64,000 nucleotides of DNA. It comes from a virus. The stretch spans positions 44,700 to 108,699 of IMG/VR virus record IMGVR_UViG_3300029922_000029; one strand, given 5' to 3'. The notes under the pieces are model-generated. The model had not been told where the DNA came from, did no database searches, and saw only the letters and a list, made by a program, of their open reading frames with translations. This document shows positions 37,372-46,991 of this stretch, in pieces. Both the position numbers and the translations under genes were made by a program. Position 1 is the stretch's first letter; the number at the start of each line of letters is the position of its first letter.

Positions 37372-38245
37372 GGATCTTTTCCTTCAACTGAGGAAGAGTG
37401 GCATCCACAATCCCGCGGTGGGTGCGGAGATGCTCTTCCTCGTCCCATTTCCCGCCTAAGGTATTGATGGTGATGTAGAGTGCGTGGTTGCCATTCACGA
37501 TCTTGGCCGGGATGTCGTAGTTGATTAGGCTTTCTGGTGCCTGCTGCTCGGCGAATTTATAGAGGCCCTGGACCGTCAGGACATGGGCGATCTTTGCGAT
37601 GAGGAGCGCGGTCTTGTTCTTGCGCTTCGGATCGCTCACGGCCGAACGTACAAACTCAGCGATCTTCTTGAGGCCCTCGCCGCGGTCGGTGAAAGGCATC
37701 TCAATCAGCATCTGACGGGCTTCTTTGATGAACTTGATCTCGAGAGCTTCGATCTGAGAAGTGATCTCGATCTGCTTGTCGCTCAGGCGTTCGGAGGCCG
37801 CGGCTGTCTTTTCAAGACGGTTCGTGAGTTCGTGCTTAAGTAGTCGCTTGTCAGACGCCAGCTTCTGGTGGCCATTCGTGGGCAGAAAGGCGGTCCAGGT
37901 GTCGGAGGCCTGCTTCTTCATGGCCCTTGAGCCTTCGGGGGGCGCCATGTAGTCTTCTGAGGCCTGCTTGCAGAGGACAGGAGCCACGGCCTGGAGTTCA
38001 CCTACGACTTCGTCTGGGTTGACGGGGACGAAAGAGTAAGAGGCTTTCTTATCCAAATCGTAGAGCCCCTTCCAAACAATACCATTAGCCTCTCCAGTGA
38101 GGACAGGTATTTGCACCGGAGCAAGGCGCTCAGATGAGGCAACCTTCTTTAGCTCTGCCTTGAGGGTACTCTTCCCACCCGAGGTTAGAAAAGCCTCAGC
38201 AGCCCGTTTAGACAGAAGCTTCAGGGTCTCTCTCGTCTTATGCAT
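37361..38245 (-). CDS. Head-associated protein with many KxA motifs
   Basis: KVAS, KKAS, KQAS x2, KLAS, KTAA, KIAE, KIAH. Confidence 0.6.
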   Translation of the reverse strand: MHKTRETLKLLSKRAAEAFLTSGGKSTLKAELKKVASSERLAPVQIPVLTGEANGIVWKGLYDLDKKASYSFVPVNPDEVVGELQAVAPVLCKQASEDYMAPPEGSRAMKKQASDTWTAFLPTNGHQKLASDKRLLKHELTNRLEKTAAASERLSDKQIEITSQIEALEIKFIKEARQMLIEMPFTDRGEGLKKIAEFVRSAVSDPKRKNKTALLIAKIAHVLTVQGLYKFAEQQAPESLINYDIPAKIVNGNHALYITINTLGGKWDEEEHLRTHRGIVDATLPQLKEKIRGL

Positions 38246-38584
38246 CTAGGTTCCTTCATGGCGGTGACCGCCGCGTCCCGGAGTCGACTTAAGGTTAAGC
38301 TCCCCAGCCATTCTATAAACTTTGTTTGCTTGATATTTACGGATGATCTTGCCAGCTTCATGCCCAGCGACGCCGCCAGAGGCTGCGCCGAGACCTGCGC
38401 CGATCAGCCCCACTTTGGATTTGTTGCCGTGCTTTCCCCTGAGTAAACCAATAGCTGCGCCAGCCCCTGCGCCCCCTATAGCACCCTTATATTTATCGCC
38501 GGCACCCACATGCTCATAAAACTCGGTCGGAGTCATGGTAACGACTGTGACTGCGATCTTCTTTAGGCCCGTGGAAAACAGCAT
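38246..38584 (-). CDS. Leader-bearing glycine-zipper protein
   Basis: MLFSTGLKKIA; GAIGGAGAGAAIG / GAGLGAASGG. Confidence 0.7.
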   Translation of the reverse strand: MLFSTGLKKIAVTVVTMTPTEFYEHVGAGDKYKGAIGGAGAGAAIGLLRGKHGNKSKVGLIGAGLGAASGGVAGHEAGKIIRKYQANKVYRMAGELNLKSTPGRGGHRHEGT

Positions 38585-38653
38585 CGGTATTCAGTCCTCA
38601 AGTTCCTAGTTTATCCTCTTTAAGAACTTCCAGCAATCCCGTATGGTAGGGCC

Positions 38654-39094
38654 ATGATCGATCGTGCCCTGCCAAAACCAAAGCCTCCAGTCCAGCCATC
38701 CATTACCTTGTCCACTGACATGCTTCAGGATGCCCGGATGGAGCCCCTCCGGGTCATCGTAAAGCCCTACCGCGGGATCACAGAGACTCCGCCGGATCTG
38801 TCGACTCCTGGGGTCGACTCATGGGTCTTTATTCAACTTCAGCTGTGCTTCAAGAAACAGGGATATGTTGCTGAGGGGCTTCTCCCAAACGTCATCTGGG
38901 GCTTTGAGCAGATCGGATGTGATCCACGTGCTGTGGCAGCTGGGCTGACTGTACTGCGAAAAAAGGGATACATCTACTACTCAGATGAACTTGGAGGGAT
39001 AATCGAGGAACACAACTTTAACCCGATCATTCCCATCTGGATTAGGTATACACCTAAGTTCATTAGGCTTCTAATCCGGGAGGATCGCAAGTGA
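38654..39094 (+). CDS. Hypothetical protein
   Basis: First gene of + block; TATGGT 6 nt before ATG (possibly leaderless). Confidence 0.6.
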   Translation: MIDRALPKPKPPVQPSITLSTDMLQDARMEPLRVIVKPYRGITETPPDLSTPGVDSWVFIQLQLCFKKQGYVAEGLLPNVIWGFEQIGCDPRAVAAGLTVLRKKGYIYYSDELGGIIEEHNFNPIIPIWIRYTPKFIRLLIREDRK

Positions 39095-40077
39095 ATATCC
39101 TTCATCTATCAAACAACCCAATTTCGGGCGCACCCGTTAACATTGCTCACTGCCAACGCGTCTACGGCGGCCACACCGCGCTCGTGCTCCTAAACCGCGA
39201 CACGAGTGCCAACGGAATCAAATACGAGGGTGGAGAACTATGGGCTCAAAAGTCAGCAGAAGAACTGACGGCGTTATTCGAGTCGGCCGATGTGATCCAC
39301 ATGCACAACTTCGCCTACGAATTAAAAATCTTTCAGACTCACTCTCATCTCATTCAGAAGATGAAACAAAAAAAGTACGTCATCCAATACCACTCCGATC
39401 GCTACTCAGGCCTCGAGAGTTTCGAACCATCGCTCAAAGATCCCGACTTTGATGGCCGACGCCTGGTGCTGGCGCAGTACCACGCGCGCCAATACCCAGA
39501 AGCTAATTTCTTAGTCGGAAATCCACTTCCACTTTTTAAGCCAGAGTACCAGCTCCTCGATGTTCCCCTCCGCTGGGAGTCCCCACCCGTCGTGAACTTC
39601 GCACCCTCCAACATCCACATCACCCGCGGCTGGGATTATAAGGGCGCGGACAAGATCGTGCCCGTGCTCGAGGCGATGGGTCGGGCCGGCCAGATCACAC
39701 CCGAGATCCTGACCAACATGCCAAAAGAGGAATGCATTGCCCGCAAGCGATGGTCAGTGTTTGGAATCGAGGAGCTCGTGACGGGCTCCTACCACCTGAG
39801 CTTCCTCGAGTATCTGGCGCTGGGATGCGTAACCTTTGGGTACCTTGACGATAAAACACGCCAGGCTCTTTATGACCTGATTGGCATAGATGCTACTGAA
39901 GAATTACCTTATATCCCAGCACATGTAAGTACTCTTGCTGCAATCCTTCCGCTCTATGTGGGCGATGGGCCAGAAGACTGGCGCGAAACAGGATTGGCCG
40001 GCCGCAAGTGGATCGACGACCACTGGTCCCCCAAGTCCCACGTCGATCGCTTCGACAAAATCTACGCATCAGTCTAG
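39091..40077 (+). CDS. Glycosyltransferase (GT-B fold)
   Basis: 'MNILHLS', 'ADVIHMH', 'APS...KG...I', 'G.Y....LE.LALG'. Confidence 0.75.
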   Translation: MNILHLSNNPISGAPVNIAHCQRVYGGHTALVLLNRDTSANGIKYEGGELWAQKSAEELTALFESADVIHMHNFAYELKIFQTHSHLIQKMKQKKYVIQYHSDRYSGLESFEPSLKDPDFDGRRLVLAQYHARQYPEANFLVGNPLPLFKPEYQLLDVPLRWESPPVVNFAPSNIHITRGWDYKGADKIVPVLEAMGRAGQITPEILTNMPKEECIARKRWSVFGIEELVTGSYHLSFLEYLALGCVTFGYLDDKTRQALYDLIGIDATEELPYIPAHVSTLAAILPLYVGDGPEDWRETGLAGRKWIDDHWSPKSHVDRFDKIYASV

Positions 40078-40130
40078 ACAAGCAAATTCCTCGGAGATTC
40101 TGGCATAAGTTCTCTGAGGAGAATTTTTGT

Positions 40131-41843
40131 ATGCTCGAAGACGGTATTGTTCAATCCATTTCTGAAGCGGAGAACTTTGTAAAAGAGTTCAGGACTCGAA
40201 AATCTCAATCGTTGATTATCGCTCCCCTTCTTATTTTCCCTGAGGGTAGAATCCGCTTGGGCTTGGCTATGGAAGGTAGCGTTCTATCGAGGATCTTCCC
40301 AGTTGATCGCGAGATCTTTTCCCCTCTGGCCGAGATCTTCGAAGACAAGGAAATCCAAAAGGTCGGCGTGCACCTCGTAGATATCTACTGTGCTATTAGA
40401 CATTCGTTGGGCGTGGCGATGGCCGGCATGTTTGATCTAGAGATTGCTGACCGCCTTCTGTTGGCTGGCCTTGAGCTTGACCACTCGCATGAAGGGTTGC
40501 TGAAGCGGAGGCTCAACAAGGGCCTACCGGAAGACGCACAGGGTTGGTTTCATACGACCATCGAACTTCTCGATCAAGTCAGAACTGAGATTAAGTCCAA
40601 AGAACTCGAGAAGGTTTGGCAGATCGAGCGCAACGCCCAGCCCGCATTCTGTGAGATGCACTACCAAGGCATGAAGCTGAGCCGCCCCAAGTGGATCAAG
40701 CTCATGCAGAAAAACCAGGCAGAGATGCAGAAAGCTCAAGCCGAGCTGCTCGATTTCCTGGGTCCGATTTGCCAGCGGAGCGAAGAGGGCCGGCCGCTGA
40801 TCAATCTCGATTCTCCCCAGCAAGTCTTGGGAGCCTTACGGGAAATGCAGATGAGGACACCTGACGGCAAACTGATTGAGGCCACCGACAAGTCGACTCT
40901 TCTCACGATCTCCCATCTACCTCCGATTCAGTCGTTGCTCCGCTATCGTGCTGCCGAATTCGGGTTCACGCGATTCGGGCACAACTACTTAGATGCCTGC
41001 GACAAGGATGACCGCATTCACTTCAACGTGAATCAGAACGGAACGGCATCAGGTAGGCCCACGACATTCAATAAGCTCAACTGCCTCAACACGCCCAAGA
41101 AAGGGGGGTATCGTGAGGCGTTCGTGGCCGGTGAAGGGAAGAAACTCACGAAGGCCGACTACAACGCGATCGAGCTCAGGATTCTGGCGCAAGGTAGTCA
41201 GGATCCCGCCATGCTGGAGGTCTTCAACAGCGGTAAGGATTACCATCAAAGCTTCGCATCCGATATGTTCGGCCGACCTGTGGAACGGCACGATCCGCTC
41301 CGTGATGGGGTGAAGAAGGTCGCTTACGGTATCCCTTATGGGCAGAGCGTCAGAGGAGTTCATCTCGAGCTCTGCGAGCAAGGCTATGCAGGCACTCTAC
41401 AAGACACGCAGGAACTCTACACGAAGTACGCGGTGAAAGTTCCTCGGATGATTGCGTTTCTGAATGCCGTGGGCTCACTTGCTATCAGGGATCGTTATCT
41501 CCGAAACAACAACGGCAGGCTCCGATATTGGGCTGGGCCGGTAGAAGGTCAGAGACAGGAGTACTGGGAGAACGCGGTTCGTCGAAGTGCGGCCAGCTTC
41601 CCAGGGCAATCGACCAATGCTGATTTCATGAAGGTGGCGATCGCAAGGATCTGGCAGGAGATCCTGGATCGTAAATGGTTGGGCCGTGTCTGGATGAGTA
41701 ATATGAGGTTTGATGATCTGTTGCTGGAGGCGGATGACTGTTTGGCTGATGAAGCGTATTCATTGCAATGTAAACACATGACGGAAGCCGCTCAGGAGAT
41801 GCTGCCGTCGGTTCCTATCGTTTTGATTGGAGGGATTTTATGA
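40131..41843 (+). CDS. Family A DNA polymerase, divergent, with degenerate 3'-5' exonuclease
   Basis: 'GTASGR', motif A 'ADYNAIELRILA', motif B 'R..VKKVAYGIPYG', 'QSTNADFMK', motif C 'RFDDLLLE'; GAGGAG SD before ATG 40131. Confidence 0.85.
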   Translation: MLEDGIVQSISEAENFVKEFRTRKSQSLIIAPLLIFPEGRIRLGLAMEGSVLSRIFPVDREIFSPLAEIFEDKEIQKVGVHLVDIYCAIRHSLGVAMAGMFDLEIADRLLLAGLELDHSHEGLLKRRLNKGLPEDAQGWFHTTIELLDQVRTEIKSKELEKVWQIERNAQPAFCEMHYQGMKLSRPKWIKLMQKNQAEMQKAQAELLDFLGPICQRSEEGRPLINLDSPQQVLGALREMQMRTPDGKLIEATDKSTLLTISHLPPIQSLLRYRAAEFGFTRFGHNYLDACDKDDRIHFNVNQNGTASGRPTTFNKLNCLNTPKKGGYREAFVAGEGKKLTKADYNAIELRILAQGSQDPAMLEVFNSGKDYHQSFASDMFGRPVERHDPLRDGVKKVAYGIPYGQSVRGVHLELCEQGYAGTLQDTQELYTKYAVKVPRMIAFLNAVGSLAIRDRYLRNNNGRLRYWAGPVEGQRQEYWENAVRRSAASFPGQSTNADFMKVAIARIWQEILDRKWLGRVWMSNMRFDDLLLEADDCLADEAYSLQCKHMTEAAQEMLPSVPIVLIGGIL

Positions 41844-42762
41844 GGGTTGTTGGAGCACACTCTCAAGTTTATGAGTATGATGGTGCTTTTAAGTGCCTGG
41901 CATGCCAGCAAAGTTGGGGCGCTCTTCCAGGCAATCCAAAGATACCTGAAATCTGTAAACTTTCAGAGAGATCTAAGAGAATACTAGCTATTCAAGTGGA
42001 GATCAGCAACCTAGAGAGCGAACTTTCATATCTATACCAAATACAACAAAGGACCACGTAATGACCGACACCACACCCCGTTTTCTACCGCCTCAGGATG
42101 CCTCTGAGGTCGTCATCGCCACCCTGGACTCCGGCCAAAAGTTCATCGGCTGGGTCAGCGAGTCCAGAGAGGATATTGAGATCCAGGCACTCAACGATCC
42201 GCTCGAGATCGTCGTGCGGGCTTTTCCGAGGTCCCCCAATCCTCAAGAACCCAGAGCAGTGGGCCTTGAGGTCTTCTCACCTGACTTCGAGATTCCGGGA
42301 TCCGCCGCCCTCACCACCGTCGTCAAGTTTGAGTACTACCCACAAGGCACTAAGATCTTCGGACTCTACTTTCAGTGCCGGGATCAGATCGGGAGTGAGG
42401 CCATCAAGATCGCGGTGAAGAAGGCTTACAAGGAAGTCCCACGTCAATTGAATCAAGCACCAGCCGTAACCGCCAGCGGACAAGTTAGATAAGGAGAAAC
42501 TATGAGAATCGATAAGGATGTCACTTGTGCTAAGCCAGTCAACACGTCGCCAGAAGAGCTCCGCATGCTCGCAGATAAGCTCGAAGCCGCTCATAAGAAT
42601 TGTCTGCCCGGCCAGAAGATCAGCTTTCTAGCCGAAGGGGATCTCATGTTCGTCTACAGTCCTTTAGTCAAGTCCTCCGCTGCCACGGGACTTCTGAAGT
42701 CCTATAAGGCATTTGAAGGTTCAAGCGAAGAACGTCAAGAGGAGCCAGTTCTTCAGAACTAG
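41840..42762 (+). other. Three hypothetical genes (41840-42061, 42061-42492, 42502-42762)
   Basis: Coupled starts/stops and SDs. Confidence 0.6.
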
Positions 42763-42777
42763 CTCCATCGCGCAAGA

Positions 42778-42822
42778 GAAAACACCGGTCTGCCTGGGGA
42801 GGCGGGGCCGGTGTTTTTTAGC
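42778..42822 (+). terminator. Intrinsic terminator ending TTTTTTAGC
   Basis: AAAAACACCGG...CCGGTGTTTTTT hairpin. Confidence 0.75.
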
Positions 42823-42871
42823 TTAGATCTCCCAGTGTTTTTTAGCTCCGACCCATGGTACACTTGACCCC

Positions 42872-43090
42872 ATGAGCTTCTCCCTAGGACTCCATAAGGT
42901 CTCGGCAGCCAAGATGGGTCTCCGCGGCGTCATTGCCGCCACCGAAAAAGCACCGGCCAAGGCAATGTCGGGGATCGCGCAGAACAGCCTCAAGGCCATG
43001 CCCAAGCGCCCCAACATCATGGACATCAAAGACCTGCCTGCGGCCGCACCCAAGAAGAAGGGCTTTCTGGGTGGGATGTTTGGGTTCTAA
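42872..43090 (+). CDS. Leader-bearing small basic protein (orphan location)
   Basis: MSFSLGLHKVS; TACACT 7 nt upstream of ATG. Confidence 0.65.
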   Translation: MSFSLGLHKVSAAKMGLRGVIAATEKAPAKAMSGIAQNSLKAMPKRPNIMDIKDLPAAAPKKKGFLGGMFGF

Positions 43091-43502
43091 TCTTAGCCAT
43101 ACTGGGCACTAATCTCAGCTATACCGGGCTCTAACCCTGCCCTGATGGACGCGCTCGGGTTCCAGCAATGAGCTCGGCGGAATACCCGGGTTCTGATTAA
43201 AGCCAATTCAGGCACTTAAACACCCCCTTTTTACCCCTAAAACCAACCCCCTAAATACAGGCAAAAACAGCCCTTTTTCGGGTATAGGTAATATGGAGAC
43301 AAATTAGGTCTTCAATTTACCAGTCTAGAATTGCCTAGGAGCATGGTGCTCTAACGGCATGCCAGCCATCTGTATCAATCTCCAGTTGACCCGGATTGTC
43401 TGGTTTTAATTGTGTGCCGGCATGGTGTCGGGACACGGTGGGGTGTGGAGTTTTTAGTTGATATGGCCACGCCCCACCTGATTTCAGAAAGGAGTCTGTG
43501 TT

Positions 43503-43946
43503 ATGTCCAATTTTCAAAAACCAAAGAACTTGTTTGAATCAATGATTGTCGGAATTGATCGCTCGAATACTGCTAAGCATTTACTCTCAAATGTGAATCG
43601 TCTGGAGATTACAGAAGAGGCATTCCCTCACGTGAGAGATTTCCTGGCTCAAAAGTTCACGCCTGATCTGATGGATAAAAAAGAGGTCATCGAACTATGG
43701 AACCGAATCACGGGAGAAGGAAAAGTCTATCTCCATGATGAAGTCAATGAACGCAGGTTAAAAACAGCCCTGTCTCAAATATCTGTCTTACTGAATGAGG
43801 CGTGGGTCCTTGCTGCTGAACACGGAGCTATGGAAAGAAACATAGTGAGAAGCCGGGCGGAAGCCATCTTCAGGGGGATTCTCCCAGGTGATGAAGTGGC
43901 TCTATCTGTTCTGCTTGCCGAACTTAACTTAGGAGAAAAGGAATGA
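43503..43946 (+). CDS. Hypothetical protein
   Basis: AAGGAG SD. Confidence 0.65.
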   Translation: MSNFQKPKNLFESMIVGIDRSNTAKHLLSNVNRLEITEEAFPHVRDFLAQKFTPDLMDKKEVIELWNRITGEGKVYLHDEVNERRLKTALSQISVLLNEAWVLAAEHGAMERNIVRSRAEAIFRGILPGDEVALSVLLAELNLGEKE

Positions 43947-44155
43947 AGGCCTTCTTTGATGCGGCTCTGTCTTTGTTCGTGCTTGCTCTGCTCTGCTTTG
44001 GGTCCGGCTGTGCAACTCTGGCTGCTGGACCCCGCCTACAATCTCGAGTGGTGATTGGCTTCGCTGAAGTCATTGACCAGTCAACGTCCTGTGTCTTAGG
44101 AATCACGGAGCTGACTCACGGGAAGTATATCCGCGGGAACAGCTGTCACAAATGA
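43943..44155 (+). CDS. Small lipoprotein-like protein
   Basis: Hydrophobic signal ending 'GSGCA'. Confidence 0.5.
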   Translation: MKAFFDAALSLFVLALLCFGSGCATLAAGPRLQSRVVIGFAEVIDQSTSCVLGITELTHGKYIRGNSCHK

Positions 44156-44947
44156 AAGGAGTAGTTATGAAAGCAAGAAATGAAATGTCCGATAAAGAAT
44201 ATGTAGTCTGGGTCCTAAAAAAATTAGGAATTAATCAGCCTAGTGAAATCGCTATTATAGACAGCATACGCTGGATGGAGTCTGTCCGTAGTACAGGACT
44301 GGAAGAGAGTCGTGTCAGAATCGCATTTGTAGATTATGTAGATGCTTCATTAGAAGAAGTTATCAAGTTGCACAAGCTATAGTACTTGTACCCGTGGGAA
44401 CAGTTGTCACAAATAAACAAAGGAGTAGTTATGAAAAAAGAAACAGTAAAAGGCTGGGATAAAATAGAAGCACCAAAGCCGTCCACTAACTTCTGTATGC
44501 CAGACCCACGCGAAGAGATGGTGGAGAGAGTCGATTCTATTGAAAAGGAACTCAGCATCCTGCTGGGTGCTCTGCGCGCTGAAATAACCCGACCTGTCGA
44601 TCTCAACTCAAATGAGGAATACAAGGCGCATCTTTCGTCAGACCTTAGAATCCAATTGATTGTGTTAACCGATATTATCGACGAGGTCTTTCCTAGGAAG
44701 TCCTGACCTGTCCCAAACAATAAACAAAGGAGTTGTTATGAAAAAAGAAACCGCAATTGATCGCGCCAAGCAAAGGCTAGCTCCAGGAAATATGACCATG
44801 TTCACTTCGAACGGATCCATCTATGGAGACCAAGAAGCTGAAGCATTGATCGAAGCAGCGCTAGGTCTTGGGATTAAGGTCCAAATCTCTGGAACAGTCG
44901 AGCGTCCCGTACTTGAGTTTGTCTACCCTAAGAAGTCCTAACCCGTC
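44131..44947 (+). repeat. Repeat-bounded array of three small genes (44167-44382, 44431-44706, 44738-44941)
   Basis: Repeated 'TGTC(A/C)CAAA...AAAGGAGT(A/T)GTTATGAAA' heads and 'CCTA(G/A)GAAGTCCT(G/A)ACC' tails. Confidence 0.7.
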
Positions 44948-45019
44948 TCGCCCCCGAGAGTACTGAGAAATAATTCTCAGCCCCTCACCCCAAACCCCCC
45001 AATCAAGGAGGTAAGTACC

Positions 45020-45352
45020 ATGAGTGGAAACTCACGTGCTGTCCAGTCTTACGAAGAAAGAATCCGGTTCACCGTCGCGGTGTCACTCAGAGCCCTTCTG
45101 ATGTGGCGCTACGCCTATGACCCGGAATACACGGTCACCTACGATGCCTTGCGTGAAACGCTCGGGATCGATAGGCAGCGACTCGACGATGTCCTGAGTA
45201 TGGTCATGGAGATGGATGTGGGGATGAAGACATTCCTGCACGGTTCCATGGTCGTGAATGCGGAGACAGGTAAGCCCGGAAAGGGCCACTGGATCCGTCT
45301 TCAGGAGATCTCAGAACGAGTCGCTCAAGCTCTCGCGCAGGAGGCCTCATGA
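45020..45352 (+). CDS. Hypothetical protein, possible winged helix
   Basis: AAGGAGGT SD; 'TYDALRETLGIDRQRLDDVL'. Confidence 0.6.
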   Translation: MSGNSRAVQSYEERIRFTVAVSLRALLMWRYAYDPEYTVTYDALRETLGIDRQRLDDVLSMVMEMDVGMKTFLHGSMVVNAETGKPGKGHWIRLQEISERVAQALAQEAS

Positions 45353-45525
45353 TGGAGGTCATTGTAGTCGGCTTGATGGTTGTGTTGGCGCTCGCTATCA
45401 GAAGGTCTAGACGCAGTCGGGATCAGCTCGACGTGCACCAGGCTTTTGACCGGCACTCCAAGGGCTACTAGCCTCTGGGATGCCGTTTAATCAGCTCAAT
45501 CAAACAATAAACCAAGGAGTACGTT

Positions 45526-46356
45526 ATGAAGATGTTCAAAATGGTTTCTGTTCTTGCTCTGTCTGGGATTGCGTCTGCTTGCTCGAGTCCAGATACCGCC
45601 CAGACTACTTCTCTCATCACGCATGGCGCAGCTGCTTCAATTCCAACCTCGGGGTGCTCAGTCACTCAGTCGGGTGGAACTGCAGTGATTACTTGCGCTG
45701 ATGGGACGACGGCGTCGATTAACAACGGGAGCGCTGGAGCCGCTGGTTCCAGTGGTGCCGTTGGCAATCCAGGTGCAACTGGGCCCGCTGGTGCAGCTGG
45801 CGGAGTCGGAGCACAGGGCGCAGCTGGTGTTACAGGTCCCACGGGAGCTCAAGGCTTAGCGGGAAAGTTCCATGCGGTGTCGAATACAGGCGTAACGATC
45901 GGAGATGAGTTCATCCAGCAGTACAACGATGGCTCAAGCATGGGTGCGACACTTGTGCACTATGATCTCGGAGATGTCTACACCTACTACGATGGCGGCA
46001 GTCTGGGTGGAGTGGAGTACATGTACTTCGCTGGCACCGGCTGCACAGGCCAGGCTTATGTTGCAGTGACTCCGGGGGCGACTAATGGGATTCCTATTGC
46101 TATGGGTAATCTCTACTTCCGTCAGTACACCTCCAACAACATGAGTACTGTCCAGCTCTATAAAACCGTTGTGACGTCCTTTGTAGAACCCTTTGCCTAT
46201 CAAAGCAAATCGATCTACGGCCCCACTCTGGATTGTATCAATACGGGTACCCTCACGGATACTTTTCTGATGCAGGCGGCAGCGGAGTCTGGCTTCAACG
46301 GCAATGCTGCAGTGCTGTGGAGTGCATCGCTCCCCATCAGCCTGAGTATCCAGTAA
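45526..46356 (+). CDS. Lipoprotein with collagen-like Gly-X-Y segment
   Basis: Lipobox-like 'IASAC'; ~15 GXY triplets; beta-rich C-terminal domain. Confidence 0.75.
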   Translation: MKMFKMVSVLALSGIASACSSPDTAQTTSLITHGAAASIPTSGCSVTQSGGTAVITCADGTTASINNGSAGAAGSSGAVGNPGATGPAGAAGGVGAQGAAGVTGPTGAQGLAGKFHAVSNTGVTIGDEFIQQYNDGSSMGATLVHYDLGDVYTYYDGGSLGGVEYMYFAGTGCTGQAYVAVTPGATNGIPIAMGNLYFRQYTSNNMSTVQLYKTVVTSFVEPFAYQSKSIYGPTLDCINTGTLTDTFLMQAAAESGFNGNAAVLWSASLPISLSIQ

Positions 46357-46362
46357 TCAATC

Positions 46363-46404
46363 ATTCTCCCCGGGTGCCGCTGGTGCCCGGGGAGAATTTT
46401 TAGC
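46363..46404 (+). terminator. Intrinsic terminator ending TTTTTAGC
   Basis: ATTCTCCCCGGG...CCCGGGGAGAAT stem. Confidence 0.8.
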
Positions 46405-46445
46405 TCCCTCTTGACTTGGTCCTAGCTCAATGAGAATGTGCGCCA

Positions 46446-46991
46446 ATGCCTACCTCACATCCTTCCCTCATCTCTCCCGTCGCTCAGAAGATCCTGGCTC
46501 TCCAACCCAAGACAGTCCTTGATCTGGGGGTTGGTTTCGGGAAGTGGGGCGCGATGGCACGAGAGTACACGGACATTTGGAGCTGGCGGTTCTACCCGGC
46601 TGAATACCAAACGGTGATCCACGGCGTCGAGGCGCATGAGAAGTATGAAAGCGCCAACTGGGGCCACTACCAGAAGATATTCCTCGGGAAGATTCAAGAA
46701 GTACTCCCGACTCTCGGCGGATACGACCTCATCACGTTCCTAGAGGTTCTCGAACATTTCGAGAAGCGAGAGGGGATCGCGGTACTCGAGGAGTGCCTGC
46801 GACACACGGATCGACTCCTTGTGAGCTTCACCAACACCCACCAGCACGACGTCAGGGACAACAAGCTCGAGGATCACCTCTCGACCTGGGAGCTCCGAGA
46901 CTTCACGCGCCTGTCTGTTGAACATGTCGAAGTCCTTCACCAGACGCCTGAAGGCGGCCTTCTTTATCTGTCTCGTACGCTAGCAAAATAG
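46446..46991 (+). CDS. Class I SAM-dependent methyltransferase
   Basis: 'VLDLGVGFG', 'GVE', 'YDLI...VLEH'. Confidence 0.85.
   Translation: MPTSHPSLISPVAQKILALQPKTVLDLGVGFGKWGAMAREYTDIWSWRFYPAEYQTVIHGVEAHEKYESANWGHYQKIFLGKIQEVLPTLGGYDLITFLEVLEHFEKREGIAVLEECLRHTDRLLVSFTNTHQHDVRDNKLEDHLSTWELRDFTRLSVEHVEVLHQTPEGGLLYLSRTLAK

Noticed and set aside
20166-37459. Long + strand ORFs (e.g. 21003-21791, 22206-23288, 32072-32959, 36371-37459)
   Set aside because: Antisense shadows of GC3-biased structural genes; no motifs or SDs.
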